Part shown: positions 1-19,162 of the stretch, in pieces | Position numbering within the stretch: position 1 is the stretch's first letter | Layout: each line of letters begins with the position of its first letter | Origin: Lama guanicoe | Taxonomy: Eukaryota | DNA length: 64,000 bases | NCBI GenBank assembly: GCA_013239625.1 | Contig: MU053431.1 | Coordinates: forward strand, 2,134,485-2,198,484 | Direction: 5' to 3' | Position numbers and translations under genes: made by a program | The notes under the pieces: generated by a model | What the model was told of the DNA's origin: nothing | Database searches by the model: none | What the model saw: the letters and a program-made list of their open reading frames with translations, nothing else

Positions 1-240
1 CAGTGTCCCCTCTGGCCACACCGGTGCTGTTTCCATCTGCATGCCTCTGCTGAAGCTGGGCGCTCTGCTCCCCTTCCCGAGTCCTGACTCTCCTTCCAGG
101 CACCGCCCAGGCTCCAAGGCCCCCTCTTCCAGGAAGCCTTTTTTGGTGCATCTGCTTCCAGCTGGTGACCACTTGCCCAGCAATGCCCACAGCCCCTCAT
201 CCATCCACCACATCACTTTCCCCAGACATTCACTGAGTCA

Positions 241-6426
<6,186 letters not shown>

Positions 6427-8819
6427 GATGTCTGCCCGGCTCGCGGGCGTCGCCTCTGCCAGTCTGAACCAGGAGCCACCCGCGCGCGGGATGCCCAACG
6501 CCTCGGCCCGCAGCCCTCGCAGCGCAGCTCCCCCAGTTCCTGTCCCCAGCCTCCGGCCCCTCCCCGCAGCGCAGCCCCCCGCCCGCCCTGGCCCCTCGGC
6601 CCCGCCCCACCCTGCAGACCATCCCCATTCCCGGCCCTGCCGGCTCTGCCCTAGATCCCTGGTCCCTTCAGTCCCTGGCGGCCCCCGACCCCGCCCCATA
6701 GATTTGAGACCGCCTCTGGCCAGGTCGCACCAGGCACACCCCTCCGTCCCCCCGTCCTCCCCTCGCCGGCCCTTGGCCCTGGGCCAGTGCCGGCTAGCCC
6801 CCTCCTCGGGCTGCCCTCGGCCCAGCTCCGCCCCTCGGAATAACAGCTGCGCCTCGTCTTTCTCCCACAACCCAGGACTGGACTGGAAGCCTCCGAGGGG
6901 CTTCTCGCCAGCTGGGGAGGGGGCGAGGAACCCTTTCTTAAAGGGGCGATGGCACGACTCCTCAGGCTGTGTGGAGCAATGAGGGGCAGCCTGTGGCCCA
7001 GAGACAGACCCAAAGCTGCTGCAAAGCCACTCCGCAGAGTCCAGGAAAACCCCATGACACTCTCCTGCCAGGCACCTCCTGTGCTTGCCCTGGGTCTTCG
7101 AGTGACCTACCCAATCAGCCTCCTTCCTGGTGGGGCTCAGGCACACCGCATTCCTGAGGCCTCCTGGACCAGCTAAGATGTCCCCCTCCTGGGGGTGAGG
7201 ACCCAGGAGTAGGAGGAGGGGTGAGCTGGCCTACCAGGAGTTCACCTGCCCAGGCAATGTGGGGGGACCTGCAGGCCAGGTCTGCTCTTTGAGGGGCCAG
7301 GCCAGGGTCAGGCCTGAGGGGAAGAGAGGGACCTGGGAGACCTTGGGTTGCAGGCAGCCCTGGGGCAATGGTCCTGCATTTAGTGGGGGGAGGACTGGGC
7401 CAGGACCCCAATGTGCAAAGGTGCAGAGGTGGGACTGACAAGGTGTGGGGCAGATGGTGAGAGGGGAGGCAGGTAGGGTGGGGCCCAGCAGTTTGCGCAG
7501 ACTAGCTTGGACTTTATTCTGTTGGTCATAGGGAGCCACTGGGGTCTAGATCAGGGTAGGCCGTGACCAAGTGACTCTTGTGCTGGGAGGCAGGACGTGG
7601 TCCTGGCCAGGACCTAACAGAGTGGCAGTGGGTGGGGGGAGAGGGCGCAGAGCATTGCATTTCAGCTTTGGGCCATTGTTCTTGGCTCCAGGGGTCCAGG
7701 GCCAGGTCCCAGCCCTGCAGTGAAGATGGGCACTGGACATCGGGTCCTTGGAGATCTGGCTGCCCCGCTATCAGCTACCCCCTTCACGCAGGAGGGACCT
7801 GAGACCAGTTTCCCATGGCAAGCTCAGTTCCTGACCTCGCTCATGTGATTTCACAGACTAGCCAGAGTTTTCCCATGCGAGGTTTTGGCTGACTGTCCTG
7901 CAGTCCCTGGAAGCGGGAGAAGCCAAGTTCATTGGTACATTTGATGGAGGAGCAAGGTCAAGTCCTCCTAAGGTCTTCAGCGAATTGGGGATGAAGCCGC
8001 ACCAGATGCCTAACCCAGGCTCTACTTAGGGGGGCAGCTCCCAGACCCTGGCAAACAGAAGGGGTGGGAGGAAAGGTCTGGTGAGCTGGGAGGGGGTCCT
8101 CAGGCTGTTTGTCGATGGAAGGGAACAGGACGCCCGTGGGGCACGAGGAGGGCCCCGGAGACCACTCAGGACAGCCATAGTGGGGCTGGGCCAGGGGAGC
8201 AGGAGGGGCCTCTGAAGCCCCCCAGAGTGACATCCAGTCCCTGGCATGATGACTCAGCAGGCCTGAAGAGACCCCCCTCCTGGGAAAAACTTGGACTCAC
8301 TGCCCAAGGTCTTTGACCTTCCTTGCACGTCTTGACCTTCACAGTGAGCTGAGTGAAAGTGGCAGGACTCCCCAGGAGGGTGTTCATGAGAAATGACTCA
8401 GTGAAGGAGCAGATGGCAAGGGGATCTCTTTAACGGCAGCATCGTGAGGTGTGGGCCTGTGACTGCTGTGGGGGAGGGGGTCTGGCCGCAGCCCTGGGCT
8501 CTTCCCACCAGACGCCAGCCCCGCGACACTCCTGCCAGTCATGACGGTCAAAGACGTATCCAGAGAAGGACGAACTTCCCTTGGGACCGCCCTCACTCTT
8601 GTCCAGGTGGCCTCGATTTTATAGAAAGCCCTGCACCTGCTCCGAATGGCATAGATCAAGGGGGCGGGACGGGGATCGCGTCGCCAACTGACAGTCCTGG
8701 AGTGGAGCAGAGTAAACGTCTCCCCTGCACGCATTTGCCCACCTGTGCTGGGACGCGTGGGCGATGGCTGCCACTGCGCTGTCTGCAGACCGAAGCCAGA
8801 CTGAATGGTTGTAGTTTCC

Positions 8820-9320
8820 AACAAGCGCCAGAAAAGAGGAGTGCCGTTCAAAACCGCGAGAGACCACTTCACACCCACTAGGACGGTTGGAACCCACAGA
8901 CAGACACAGCAAGCCTTGGCCAGGACTCAGAGACACCAGAACCCTCACACCCTGCTAGAGAGGGCGCAAGACAGCGCGGCCGCGGTGGAAAACCGCCCGG
9001 CGGACCCTCAGAGGTTAAATGCGAGGTTACCGTAGGACCCAGCACTTCTATTCCTGGATATTTTCCCGAAAGAAGCTGAAATTCCATCATAAAACCGTGT
9101 GCACAAGCGTTTCAGCACCAGCGTTTCTGATAGCCCAAAGCGGAAACAACCCAAGTGTCCCCAACTGGGTGGATACACCTAAAATGTGGTCCAGCCGCTA
9201 AGGGACTGTCCCTTGGCTCCAAGAAGGAATCAAGCTTCGGATATGCGCTGTGCCTCGGCCGAACACTGAAAACGCCAAGCGAAAGGAGTCATCGTGGGCC
9301 ATCCACTCCTGAAAACTGAT
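8820..9320 (+). mobile_element. Old L1M (L1MB/MC-like) ORF2 end / 3' UTR fragment, GC-enriched
   Basis: accacttcacacccactagga...gacccagcacttctattcctgg...ggaaacaacccaagtgtcc...aaaatgtggt follow the L1 3' region in order. Confidence 0.75.
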
Positions 9321-10139
9321 GCCAGGGGAGGGGGGAGCCCCGCTAGCCTCCCCTTCTGGCACCTCCTGGCGGCCTCCTGAGCGTCACCTGTTCCAGAAGT
9401 ACACGTCCTGGTGGAGGGGTCAGGGATCAATCAGAGCAGCTCGGACACTGACCTCTCACATGTGGGGCTCTGCGTGGGGTCGATGGTGTCCATATACCCG
9501 GGGCAGGCAAGCTGCTGTGGACGGGACGAGGGGTTCCCCCCTACTCCTGCCCCGGAGTGCAGAGTTGCCCACTTTACGGACAGCAAGTCTATGGCTGGGT
9601 CATCCCTGGGCTGTAGGGTTTTACATAACACCTCATTTCACATTCCTTCTTGCTGAGTGTTAATGGTTCCTGAGAGCTGAATGGTGCCAAATCCGCATTT
9701 GACGTAGACTCCCAGACAGGAAGTCACTGATCAGAGGTACCCACACCCGCCTCCGGATTCAGGACAGCAGAAACGGCAATGCTGTGAGTCAAGACCAGAG
9801 AACAGGGGTGGGCTCTCTCCAGGCCCCCAACAGAACGTCCAAGGGGCTGGGGGACGGATGGCAGCCTGACACCAGGCAACAATGCCAAGTCAGCAAGGCG
9901 AGGTCAGGAGTGCTCGCACCACCCGCGTCTGAGCACCGACAGCAAGTCGGGAGGAATCCCTGCTCTGGGGTCTGCGGACCGAACCGGCACAGTCAGGGGA
10001 AAGTGTCCCTGGTTTCCAGACAGTGAAAACGGGCACTCCGAGTATGGGACTGTTTCCCCCTAGGTTGGAGGGGTCTTTCCCAGGGAAGGCCTCCAGGCAG
10101 GGCTGCAGGGCAGGGCTCTGTGTGTGCTTCCTTAATGCA

Positions 10140-10587
10140 CCCAGTCATTCATTTGCTGTGGCAGCCATAACAGTTCACTACAAACTGGGGGCAGGGGGAG
10201 GGCTTAAATCATCAGAAATGTTTTCTCTGAGGTTCTGGAGGCCAGAGACCAAAATCAAGGTGTCTGCAGGCAGGGTCACCTCCTTCCAGAGGCTCCAGAC
10301 CATCCTCGACTTCCAGCTCTGGGGACTCCAGGCGTCCCTGGGCTTGTGGCCACATCACGCCCATCTCTGCCTCCATCTTCACGTGGCCCCTTTCTCTGTC
10401 TGTCCTCTGCTGTCTCTTGTAAGACACGGGTGATGGCCTTTAGGGCTGACCCAGGTAATCCGGGACAGTCTCACTCGAGGCCCTTAACCCAGTCACAACT
10501 GCGAAGACCCTTTTCCTAAACAAGTTTCTGTTCACAGATTCCAGGCATTAGGAGCGTGTCCTCTGGAGGCCACCACTCGACACTACA
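10140..10587 (-). mobile_element. MLT1 (ERVL-MaLR) solo LTR
   Basis: ggcttaaa...gttctggaggccagag...aaaatcaaggtgtctgcagg...tctctgcctccatcttcacgtggc...gcgaagacccttttcctaaacaag are MLT1 motifs. Confidence 0.8.
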
Positions 10588-11399
10588 CTTGGAGAGGCCA
10601 GGCTGAGTTTTGGGGGGCTCCCTGCCGCCACCTCCACCCACCCTCCCTGTGGCAAAAAAACAGGCAAAGACCCCGATCCCTGGTCTGTGCAGGGTCAGCT
10701 CACAGCGGCTGGAGGAACCTCCGCTCCGTCCAGACCTCTCGACATCCCTGTGCACCAGGAGAGACAGGAACTGCCATGTGCACAAATGTTTTCGGATGAG
10801 ACTGAGAGAAGTTTCCAACTATCCACAAACATTCCTGGAAGAACAGAAGCCTTGACCCCTGGAACCGCACAGAGGGGGCCGCCGGAGCCCTTGCTCCGGA
10901 CCAGGAGGCAGCCCAGCTGCAGGCCTTGTCAATTCTGTTCTTCCCTTGGAAGAAGATGCACTGGGCCGCCTCCAGTGCACAGCAGAAAAGCAAAGAGGAG
11001 GAGCCCCTTTGTGGAGGAGCCAGCACCCACACCTCCATCCTGAAAGGCCAGTCCCCCTCAGCAACAGCCTCAGGGCGCCTTTCTTGTGTGGAAGAGCTTG
11101 TGCATCTGAACCTCAGGGAGCCCAGGACACCTGGCCTATGATTTCCCGGAGGCAGTGCCTCCACGTTTCCCGGGACCAGAGATTCTGGTTTCCTGGTCCT
11201 TCAGAGTGGACAGAGTGGATGCAGTCATGCCCTGCTGAACTGCAGACCCTTGAAATCCTGGCTCCATTGCGACCCATCCTGGGGAACTCGCCTCCCCTTG
11301 AGCTCCAGGGCTGGAGCCCAGGGCTGAGATGCCACAGGTCAGCGCATCCCCTGCCCCTGTTGGCCTAGAAGTGGACACATGACCCAGGCTGGTGACTCT

Positions 11400-11703
11400 C
11401 TGGCGTTTGGCAGGGATGCTGAAGCAAAGCCACTTCCTGCCGCTGCATGCAGACCAGGGAGCATACAGCTTTGGAGCTGCATGTTGGGATGTTAGCATGA
11501 AAACGAAACAGCAGAGCAAAGGTATGATGAGAAACCTGGTTCTCCGCAACATCGCTGAGCCGCTGGATCAAGCGTCACCTGAAAGCCTGGACTTCTGGAC
11601 TTTTCACCACAAGAGACCATAATTTCCTTTTGTTTTTTAAGCCAGTTGGGGTTGGGTTTTCTGTCTCTAATGACTAGAATCCGGAAAGATTCCTGACTAA
11701 GAT
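11400..11703 (+). mobile_element. MLT1J/K-like LTR 3' part
   Basis: gagccgctggatcaagc...cctgaa...ctggacttttca...ttaagccagttggggttgggttttctgtc...cctgactaa. Confidence 0.65.
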
Positions 11704-12239
11704 GGGTGTGGGAGGGCTAAGGCAGGGGCTGTGTGGATCTTACTGTCATAGCCCAGGATCTGAGCCCTCAGGCCTGCAGTGTGAAAAGCTGGCCCTGTCT
11801 CAACACATTCTTGGCTGGGACGCCCTAGCTGTGTGGGCAAGTGTTGGCAGCTTCTAGTTCCTGGGTTGTTTTAGGGTGGGGCGACGGCTCAGGATTCCTG
11901 AACCGCTGTGCTCTGTCACGATGCACAGCCCACAGAAGGTGGGGCCATGTTCTGACATTTCTTCCATCTCCTTCATCCCGGGGCCCAGTTCTTCCTGAGC
12001 ATCACCTGGGGCAGCAGCAGGATCAGATGGGGCCGGGGCCACCCAGGCCCTTCTCCCCATGGGGCCACATCCCCCCACCCAACAGGCCAGAGCCTGGGCA
12101 GGCCTGAGCCAACCCTACGCCCTTTCCTTGGGTGCAGGATGGAGCCACTTCAGGAAGGCACTGGCGGTGGAAGGTAGTCAATGGAGGACAGAAACATGGA
12201 GGGAACGACATGGGGGGACGTCCACATATGCCCAGCTCC

Positions 12240-12590
12240 ACCACTGTTAACGAAATGAAAACCACAGTCACAGTGGCACCAAGGAGCCGCTGGTAACACT
12301 GAGCCCCGAGGGGTCGTGAGAAATGCGGCGCCCACATCAGGGCATCTGGTCCAGAGGCTGTGGAAACGACCTGACAGAATCCACCAGAGTTTACCCAGCA
12401 CCTCCGCTGCCAGGCGTCTACACCACGGAAACGCTCACGTGAGCGCGGAGAGCTGGCTGTACACAGATGTCCGGTCTGACTGAGACGGCACAGCAAAATC
12501 CTGGCAATGATGAGGATAGCGGTGACAGCAGGCGCCAGGCAGGGAACCCGTAATATGACCCTGCAGCTGGGAAGAGTGTCTGCAATAAAG
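12240..12590 (+). mobile_element. Degenerate L1ME-like 3' fragment, GC-enriched
   Basis: ttacccagcacctccgctgccagg...tgtacacagatgtcc...agcaaaatcctgg resembles the L1ME 3' region. Confidence 0.45.
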
Positions 12591-13454
12591 ACAGGTGAGG
12601 AGAAGGTGCCCAGGGAGCCAGCTGCCTGCCGAGCAAGGGCCAGGGAAAGTGCTGATGAGGAGGCTGGTCTCGGCAGGTCGTCCCGAGCTGCTAGCCACGG
12701 TCCCCTCTGGAGGGGCCTGCCCTGGACCCAAGGGCTGCGCACCACGTCCTGGGGCATTAGGCTGTGTCCGTCCGGCTGCGTGAGGCCCTGCAGGGGATGT
12801 CTGTCCACACGCGGCCCGTTCTCACCCATCCTGGCTGGAGCCTGCTGGGGTCTTGGTGGCAAAGCAGGACCGGGCAGCTGGGCCGCAGGAATCTACCCTG
12901 AGCTGCTCTGTGTGAGACCCTGCGGGGCACACTCAGTGACTGGAGAGGTCAAGGCCGTGGGCAGGACCTTCAGCAATTCCCAGGCCACAGGGCAGGGCAG
13001 TGCAGGCTGGGCTGCAGGGAGGTGGACCCTGAGGAATGAGCAGGATTTCCACAAGGAAAGGAGAGCAGAGAACACCGGGTTGGGAGGGCCTGAGTGCCGG
13101 GGTTGGGGCAGGGCAGAGCCCAGACCAGAACCCACACACAGAGGTGAACACTTACACAAGTGTACACACATGGCCCTCACCTGCCCTGTGTAGCCTCAGC
13201 TGCTTCTTTAGGCTCTGCCACCCCTGCTGGCAGCTGGCTGAACCCTGGGACCCAGCTGACCAGGTTGTGAGGCCCAGACAGGACCACTGATGACCGGTGC
13301 TCACAGACTTACCCAATTTGTCCATTACTTCCACATGTTGGGAATGAACCTGACCTCTGAGACTGGGGCTGGGTCAGATCAGAGACACCATTGCCCATCC
13401 CTGGCCTTCACACCCCCAGCTCCCCACACCCTCCTTCTACTCTGAAGAGGATGG

Positions 13455-13560
13455 TACAGAAGCTGGGTGCAAACCTCAGCTCCATACTCACTGCCTTTCT
13501 GACCTTGGGGAAATTACTTAACTGCTCTGGGCCTTTGTTTCTTCATCTGAACGATGGGTT
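13455..13560 (+). mobile_element. MIR SINE
   Basis: ctgggtgcaaacctcagctcc...tgaccttggggaaattacttaac...tttcttcatctg. Confidence 0.7.
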
Positions 13561-14679
13561 CATATCAGAAAGACCGTGCTTTGTTGTGCAGTTTAGACAA
13601 GATCTTCCTAATTGGGCCCAGGGCCCGACTTCTCCCAGGGGGCAGGAGGCGAGGTCCCTGGCCTGAAAAGGGGGATCAGAGCCCTCCTTTCACAGATAGG
13701 GAAACTGAGTCCAGGAAACAGGCCTATGGCTACCCTGCAGATGAGCTTGTGTGGCCTGGGCCGGCACCAGGAGCCACCCAGCCCCTCAGAGTCATTGACT
13801 CAGGTTTTCACTTTGCTGTCCTCATAGTCTCTTTGGTTTTATTCACATGGAGAACTGCAGAAGCCCCAGGGAGGTAACCACAAAGATGATCACATTACTG
13901 TAACTGGAAATTAATGGACTGCTGGTGGTTCTAAAAGAAAACAAATTATCTAAATATTTTAGATGGGGTAATAAAACGTTTTCAATTTGCAGCTACATGT
14001 TCTGCCATTCACCACTTCATTGCCCAGATTCTGCTGCTGTCAGTGAGCATTTTATCCTCTGCTGTTTGCTCACTGTACGAGCCATGAGATGTCAGAGGGA
14101 GGCAGGGGTGCTGCAGAGGCTGTGAGTTGGCAGCTTGCCCTGTCCTTGGAAGGGCCACCCCCCTGCTCTTGTCTTTGGGGACCTGGGCCTCACTCTGGAG
14201 GTGAACCTAGCCCCATGTGTCCCAGAGCCAGGGGTGGAGTGGGGGTTGACCTTTTAGCTTTATGATCAGAAAACTGAAAATTCAGCCTCAACTTGTTGCT
14301 TGCTCTAGCTAGTGCCAAATGTTGGCTACCGCTCTGCCCTGCCCTTTCAACATCTCATCCTTCACAGCCCACCTCCTCCAGGGAGCCTACTGGAAGGAAC
14401 CCAGCACAGGGCTCTCACTCTCTGAACTTGTGGAGCCTACATAGTCCCAAGCACAGGATCTTATGCTGAAACGACACTGTCTCACGTTGCCCCTGCGTGG
14501 ACCCTGTTGGTGCCCTGTCCACATCACTTCTGCCCTCATTTCTGGGAATGCCAGCGGCTTCTGGCTGCAAGAACTGCTGACTCCTTCCTGAGGGTTTCCC
14601 CAGGCTGCAGGAGGGTGCACATGGTGAGCTGGGCACAGTGCTGGGAAACTAAGATGAGCACCCAGGGCAGCTTTCAACC

Positions 14680-15340
14680 AACAATGAAGGGAAATGCCAA
14701 TGAAACTGCAATGAGATACCATGTTGTTCCCGCTAGACTGGCTGCAACAAAAAGACTGACAATGCCAAGTGTTGACAAAGACTTGGAGCAATTGGAACTC
14801 CCACACTGCTGGTGGATATAAAATGGTACAATCATTATGAAGATTGTTTGGCAATTTCTTAGTTCAACACAAACCCCATCACCCAGCAATTACTTCTAGG
14901 CAATTATGCAAGAGAAATAAAAAGTATGCTCATAAAAAGGCTTGCACGTGAATTTCAGGGCAGTTTTATGCACAATGGCTGAGATTCAGAAACAACTCCA
15001 GTGTCTAGCATGTGACTGTAGAAACAAAGCGCTATACTCACTTAATGGAATACTATTCAGCAATAAGAAAGAACGAAATGCTGGTACACGCTTGATGAAT
15101 GTGGATGGATGAACCTTGAAAATATTATGCAAAGTGAAAGAAGTCCTTTGAAACATTACTTATTGCATAAATCTATTTATATGCAGTTCTAGAACAGGCA
15201 AACTGAGATATGGGGATAAAAATCAGAACAGTGGTTGCCTCTGATGGACGTGTTCTATACTCGATCATGGTGGAGGTTACCTTGGGGTAGGCATTTGTCA
15301 AAATTCGTTGAATGAAAATTACTGAATGTAAATGATACCT
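14680..15340 (+). mobile_element. Old L1M (L1MC/MD-like) ORF2 end / 3' UTR fragment, AT-rich
   Basis: caatgagataccat...aatgccaagtgttgac...cccagcaattacttctagg...aatggaatactattcagcaataag...atggatgaaccttgaaaatattatgc. Confidence 0.85.
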
Positions 15341-16199
15341 CGGGAAACATGGTTATACTTGATCACTCCAAAAGTTACACAGATCAATGAAGAATATGTG
15401 AAATACATGGAAAAGCCCGAAGTAAAAACAAAACCCAGATCACTTGCGATTATATCCCCAGAGGTCACTGCTCTCGGCAGTTCTCTTTCTACCGCCGAAT
15501 TCCGCCTATCAGGGATTCTGGTGCTCGCCCTGCTTTGCAGCCTGCTTGCATCATCTGCATTACGTGATGCTCTCGCTCCACCAGTCCAGCCACCCTCCGT
15601 GTCCACTCCCTACCCTTCTCCGCCTCGGACTGCACCGATGGGCTTGGCCAGTGGGAGAAAAATCGGGAGATGAGAGTCTGAGAGGCCACAGAGACCGGCA
15701 TTTACCCCTATGGCTTCCTCTGCTCGGTCACCTTGGGCTGGCCATGCCCTCAACCAAAGATGACAGCTCCTCTGGGTGGCGGTCCTGAGGACTCTTTCCT
15801 TCCAGAGTCCGGGAACCTCGCCTCCCCCTTTTCTTTGGAGCGTGTTGACGTCACAGCTGTGCTCCTCCAGCCCTGGGCTCTCGCAGAATTCCTGTGACGT
15901 CTCTAAACCCGCCCACACCCTCCTAATCAGCGCCTTTGTAAATGATCCCCCATGAATCGTCCTAATCTGATCAGGCCGTCAGTCTCCCGTCCGGATCCTG
16001 ACGGTACACCCCAGTGAGCATGGCTGGCGGTGTCCAGACCATCGCGGTCCCCGCTTGACAACCAGCTCTGACACAGCAGCCCAAAGGAGGACGCGTCCCC
16101 ATGGCAACGGGGGCGGGGCCTCACTTCCGGCCCTGCGGGCGGGCGGAAGTCCCTCCCCCGCCGGCCCGCCCCGGCTTCCCGTCAAGCCTTGCGAGGTGC

Positions 16200-16316
16200 T
16201 ACGTAGCCGGAAGCGGGTGGCGTCGAGGTGGGCGGTCGGCCCGCGTCCTCGGTGCAGTTCGGGGCGCTGCCGACCCCGCCCGGACCCCGGCGCGCAGGAG
16301 CGAGCCCACCTGCCCG
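16200..16316 (+). other. ARFGAP1: ARFGAP1 non-coding exon 1 (5' end approximate)
   Basis: Within the CpG island, ends at donor ccg|gtaagc; next exon has only 4 nt of UTR before ATG. Confidence 0.65.
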
Positions 16317-16403
16317 GTAAGCGCGCCGCCGAGGCCCCGCGGCCTCGGCTCCCCCCGGGGCTAGTCCACCGCCCCGCCCGGCGGCCGCCCCCGCCCGGAC
16401 CCC

Positions 16404-16536
16404 NNNNNNNNNNNNNNNNNNNNNNNNNNNNNNNNNNNNNNNNNNNNNNNNNNNNNNNNNNNNNNNNNNNNNNNNNNNNNNNNNNNNNNNNNNNNNNNNN
16501 NNNNNNNNNNNNNNNNNNNNNNNNNNNNNNNNNNNN
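16404..16536. other. Assembly gap (133 N)
   Basis: N run in CpG island. Confidence 1.
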
Positions 16537-19102
16537 CCGCCCGCCCGCACCTACTCTAGGGGGAAGAGCCGGTCCTGACGCCTGTCCCCTCCCTGGGACC
16601 CAGGACCTGGTGTGGACACAGGTTCAGTCAGATCCGGTCTGAGTTCTCAGGGGGCTTCCATTGAAGGGTTGTGCCCGCCGGTGCCCTAGAGGCTAGTCTA
16701 ATCAGAATCGACAGCCTCCGCGGCCTTAAGTCTTTTTCCTCCTCACCCTCTGCCGCGGGTGGTCGTCTTGGCAGAGGGAGGGGAAACCAGGAAGGGATTT
16801 TAAAATTCCCCTTCAGCTTAGGTGCATTCAGGTAGGAGAACCAGGCTCCCTGTCTGCCCTGTTAAACGGCTTCGTTGCCCACCAGCCATGTGAGTTGGCT
16901 GTGCTCACTCAGCGCAGGCCTCATCTCGCGGTGCTGTGTGTGATCCGGCAAAGCGGGGCTGTGATACTGGCCCGGGGAGAATTAGCATTTCACTTTGCTT
17001 TGGTGTGCCCTCCATGACCTGCCTTGCTGAAGTTCAGAAGTACCCGTGCTTTAGAATGAGAAAGGGTTGTTCGTAAACACAGGTGCTTTGAGTGCTTCAG
17101 GTGGTTTCTGAGAAAGACGGGTGTGATTTCTGCCCGTGGCCTGTGTGACAGCCCTGGGGACTGAGCAGTGTCCTGAAGTTATCGCTTTTAATCTCAGACG
17201 TTGAGGAAGTCCCAGCTTAACAAGCAGTGTTCTGCAGTCTGACAAGTGGCTTCCTTCGTGAACTGAGAAAAAGTCCTCATTTGGTTCAATGTTTATTGAA
17301 ATCACGCCTGCTTTCAGAAAGCTCTGTTTTACCATCTGGGTTTCAAGCATTAAAACAGAAGTTCTTGGGTTATTTTTCAAGATGAACTATGGTTTTGAAA
17401 GTTAAGTGTTTGTTCTTATGTCTTAAGTTTAGCATTTCCCAGAACTAAAGGATTCTCATATCCAAAACCAGTCACCTAGGGGAGTCCTTTGAGATCTGAA
17501 CCAAGTCATTTATTTTTCACATATTTCCCATAGTAGTTCTGCAGACACTCACTCTGCCTTACTTTGCACTATTAGAAATTCAGGGCAGGCTCACCCCTGT
17601 TCGGGCTTTTGTTTGCTTGTGTCCAGTTGGCCAGAATAGGAGCCTTTGGGCAGACACAGTTCCCTGGGAAGAGCACAGGCCCCAGTGTCCACCCGTCTCT
17701 GCCTTTGAGCCAGGGGTGAGTGGAGCTGTATAGGTTGGTCCAGGCACCAAGTCCTGGGCAGGATTTTGCATTTAGATGTTTGCCTTCGAGGTCAGGAGAC
17801 CATCTCGGGCAGCAGAGAAGTACAGAGCAGAAGGGAACCTTGGGTGAACTCTTGGTTTTGTTTCCATTGATAACGGAAAACAGGTGTTTATTTTCAACTT
17901 AAGCTGAAAAGTGGGCCCTTGAGCATCAGGAGTTCTGGAGTTCCAGATTCAGGAAGTGTGGCTGTGTGGACAGGCAGGGTCCCCTTGGAAAGTAACTGAA
18001 GGTGACAGATGGAATACCAGACAGACCTTCTGGGTCTGTGATGCTGCACCTGCACAGAGCTCACTGTACCGTCACAGGGAAGCTGGCCGGAGCCGCCGCC
18101 TCACAGGCGCAGTGGGTAGAGAGCAGCATCCGAGGGTGGGAATGTCCAGCAGCGGTGCATGCGGGTGGCTCTGCCACTTAACGAGGCTCGTGTGTTCTTG
18201 GGAAGACGCGTGCTGCTGTGGGCGGTCAGACAGCTTGCAGGTTCCACTCATGAGCGCAGGACAAGCTGAGGCCCAGGGTCAGTGGTGTGTGCAGGAGAGG
18301 TGGGACGGACTGTGTCCAGCGCCATGCTTGGCCCCCTCCCCTCCCTCTGCTTGAGTCTTACTCTGTCAACTTTCCTGGTCATGGATTAAACGGGCCACCA
18401 GATGAGCTTGAACTTTGTAAAAGCTAGATGATCTATAAAGAAATGAACAGCTTTCCTCTTCAGCCCCAGGACCCGACAGGTTCCCTTTGAGGCATGGTGG
18501 CAGGTCTCCTGGTCCATAGGCCACTGTCCTTGCCCTGCTGTGGGCATGCTGTCTGTCACCTCCTTCCCTCAGATGGCCCCAGGGAGGACCTACCTATGGA
18601 CCCTCCATCTGCCAGCCTCTCCACATGCCACTGCTTCCACCCCAGGCCAAGAGCCTCGCTGCATCAGGCCTGGGAGGTGGAGGGAAGATGTGGCCGCAGA
18701 GAACGCGGCTGCCTGTGTTCGGATGCCGCCAGCCCACGTCTGCCATATTGCCCTGAAAGTGGGAAGTCAGGTTTCATGGACAATCTGAGCACGTCTTGTA
18801 AGGACCACTGCTTGCTGTGAATGTTCCTAGGAGACAGGCCTTCTGTAAATTGTGCAATCTTGACGTCCGTGAGGCTCAGGCAGAGCAGATGCCAGTAATT
18901 ACTCTCGCTCCTAATAACCGTGGCACTGTTGGCCTGGGAGCATCCACACTGCTCTTGACTTAGAGTGTGGAGAACGGACTCCTGCGGCCCGTAGCCCTGT
19001 TACCCTGTAGCTTCTAAGCAGCTTTTTTGCACTGACAGTTGATTTTCTCGTAAAGTGACCTACCTGTGAGTTTTAGGAGTTTGTTCTCTTCTTTGCAGCG
19101 CC

Positions 19103-19162
19103 ATGGCCAGCCCGAGAACCAGGAAAGTCCTTAAAGAAGTCCGGGTGCAAGATGAGAACAAC
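19103..19162 (+). CDS. ARFGAP1: ARFGAP1 exon 2 (first coding)
   Basis: gccATGg, [20 protein letters not shown], donor gtaagc. Confidence 0.95.

Larger units (their letters stand above)
15840..16750 (+). promoter_or_regulatory. ARFGAP1 CpG-island promoter
   Basis: CRE tgacgtca 15846-15853, X-box-like gtccccatggcaac 16095-16108, GC box 16110-16119, ETS sites cacttccgg 16122-16130, ggcggaagt 16142-16150, ccggaag ~16207. Confidence 0.8.
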
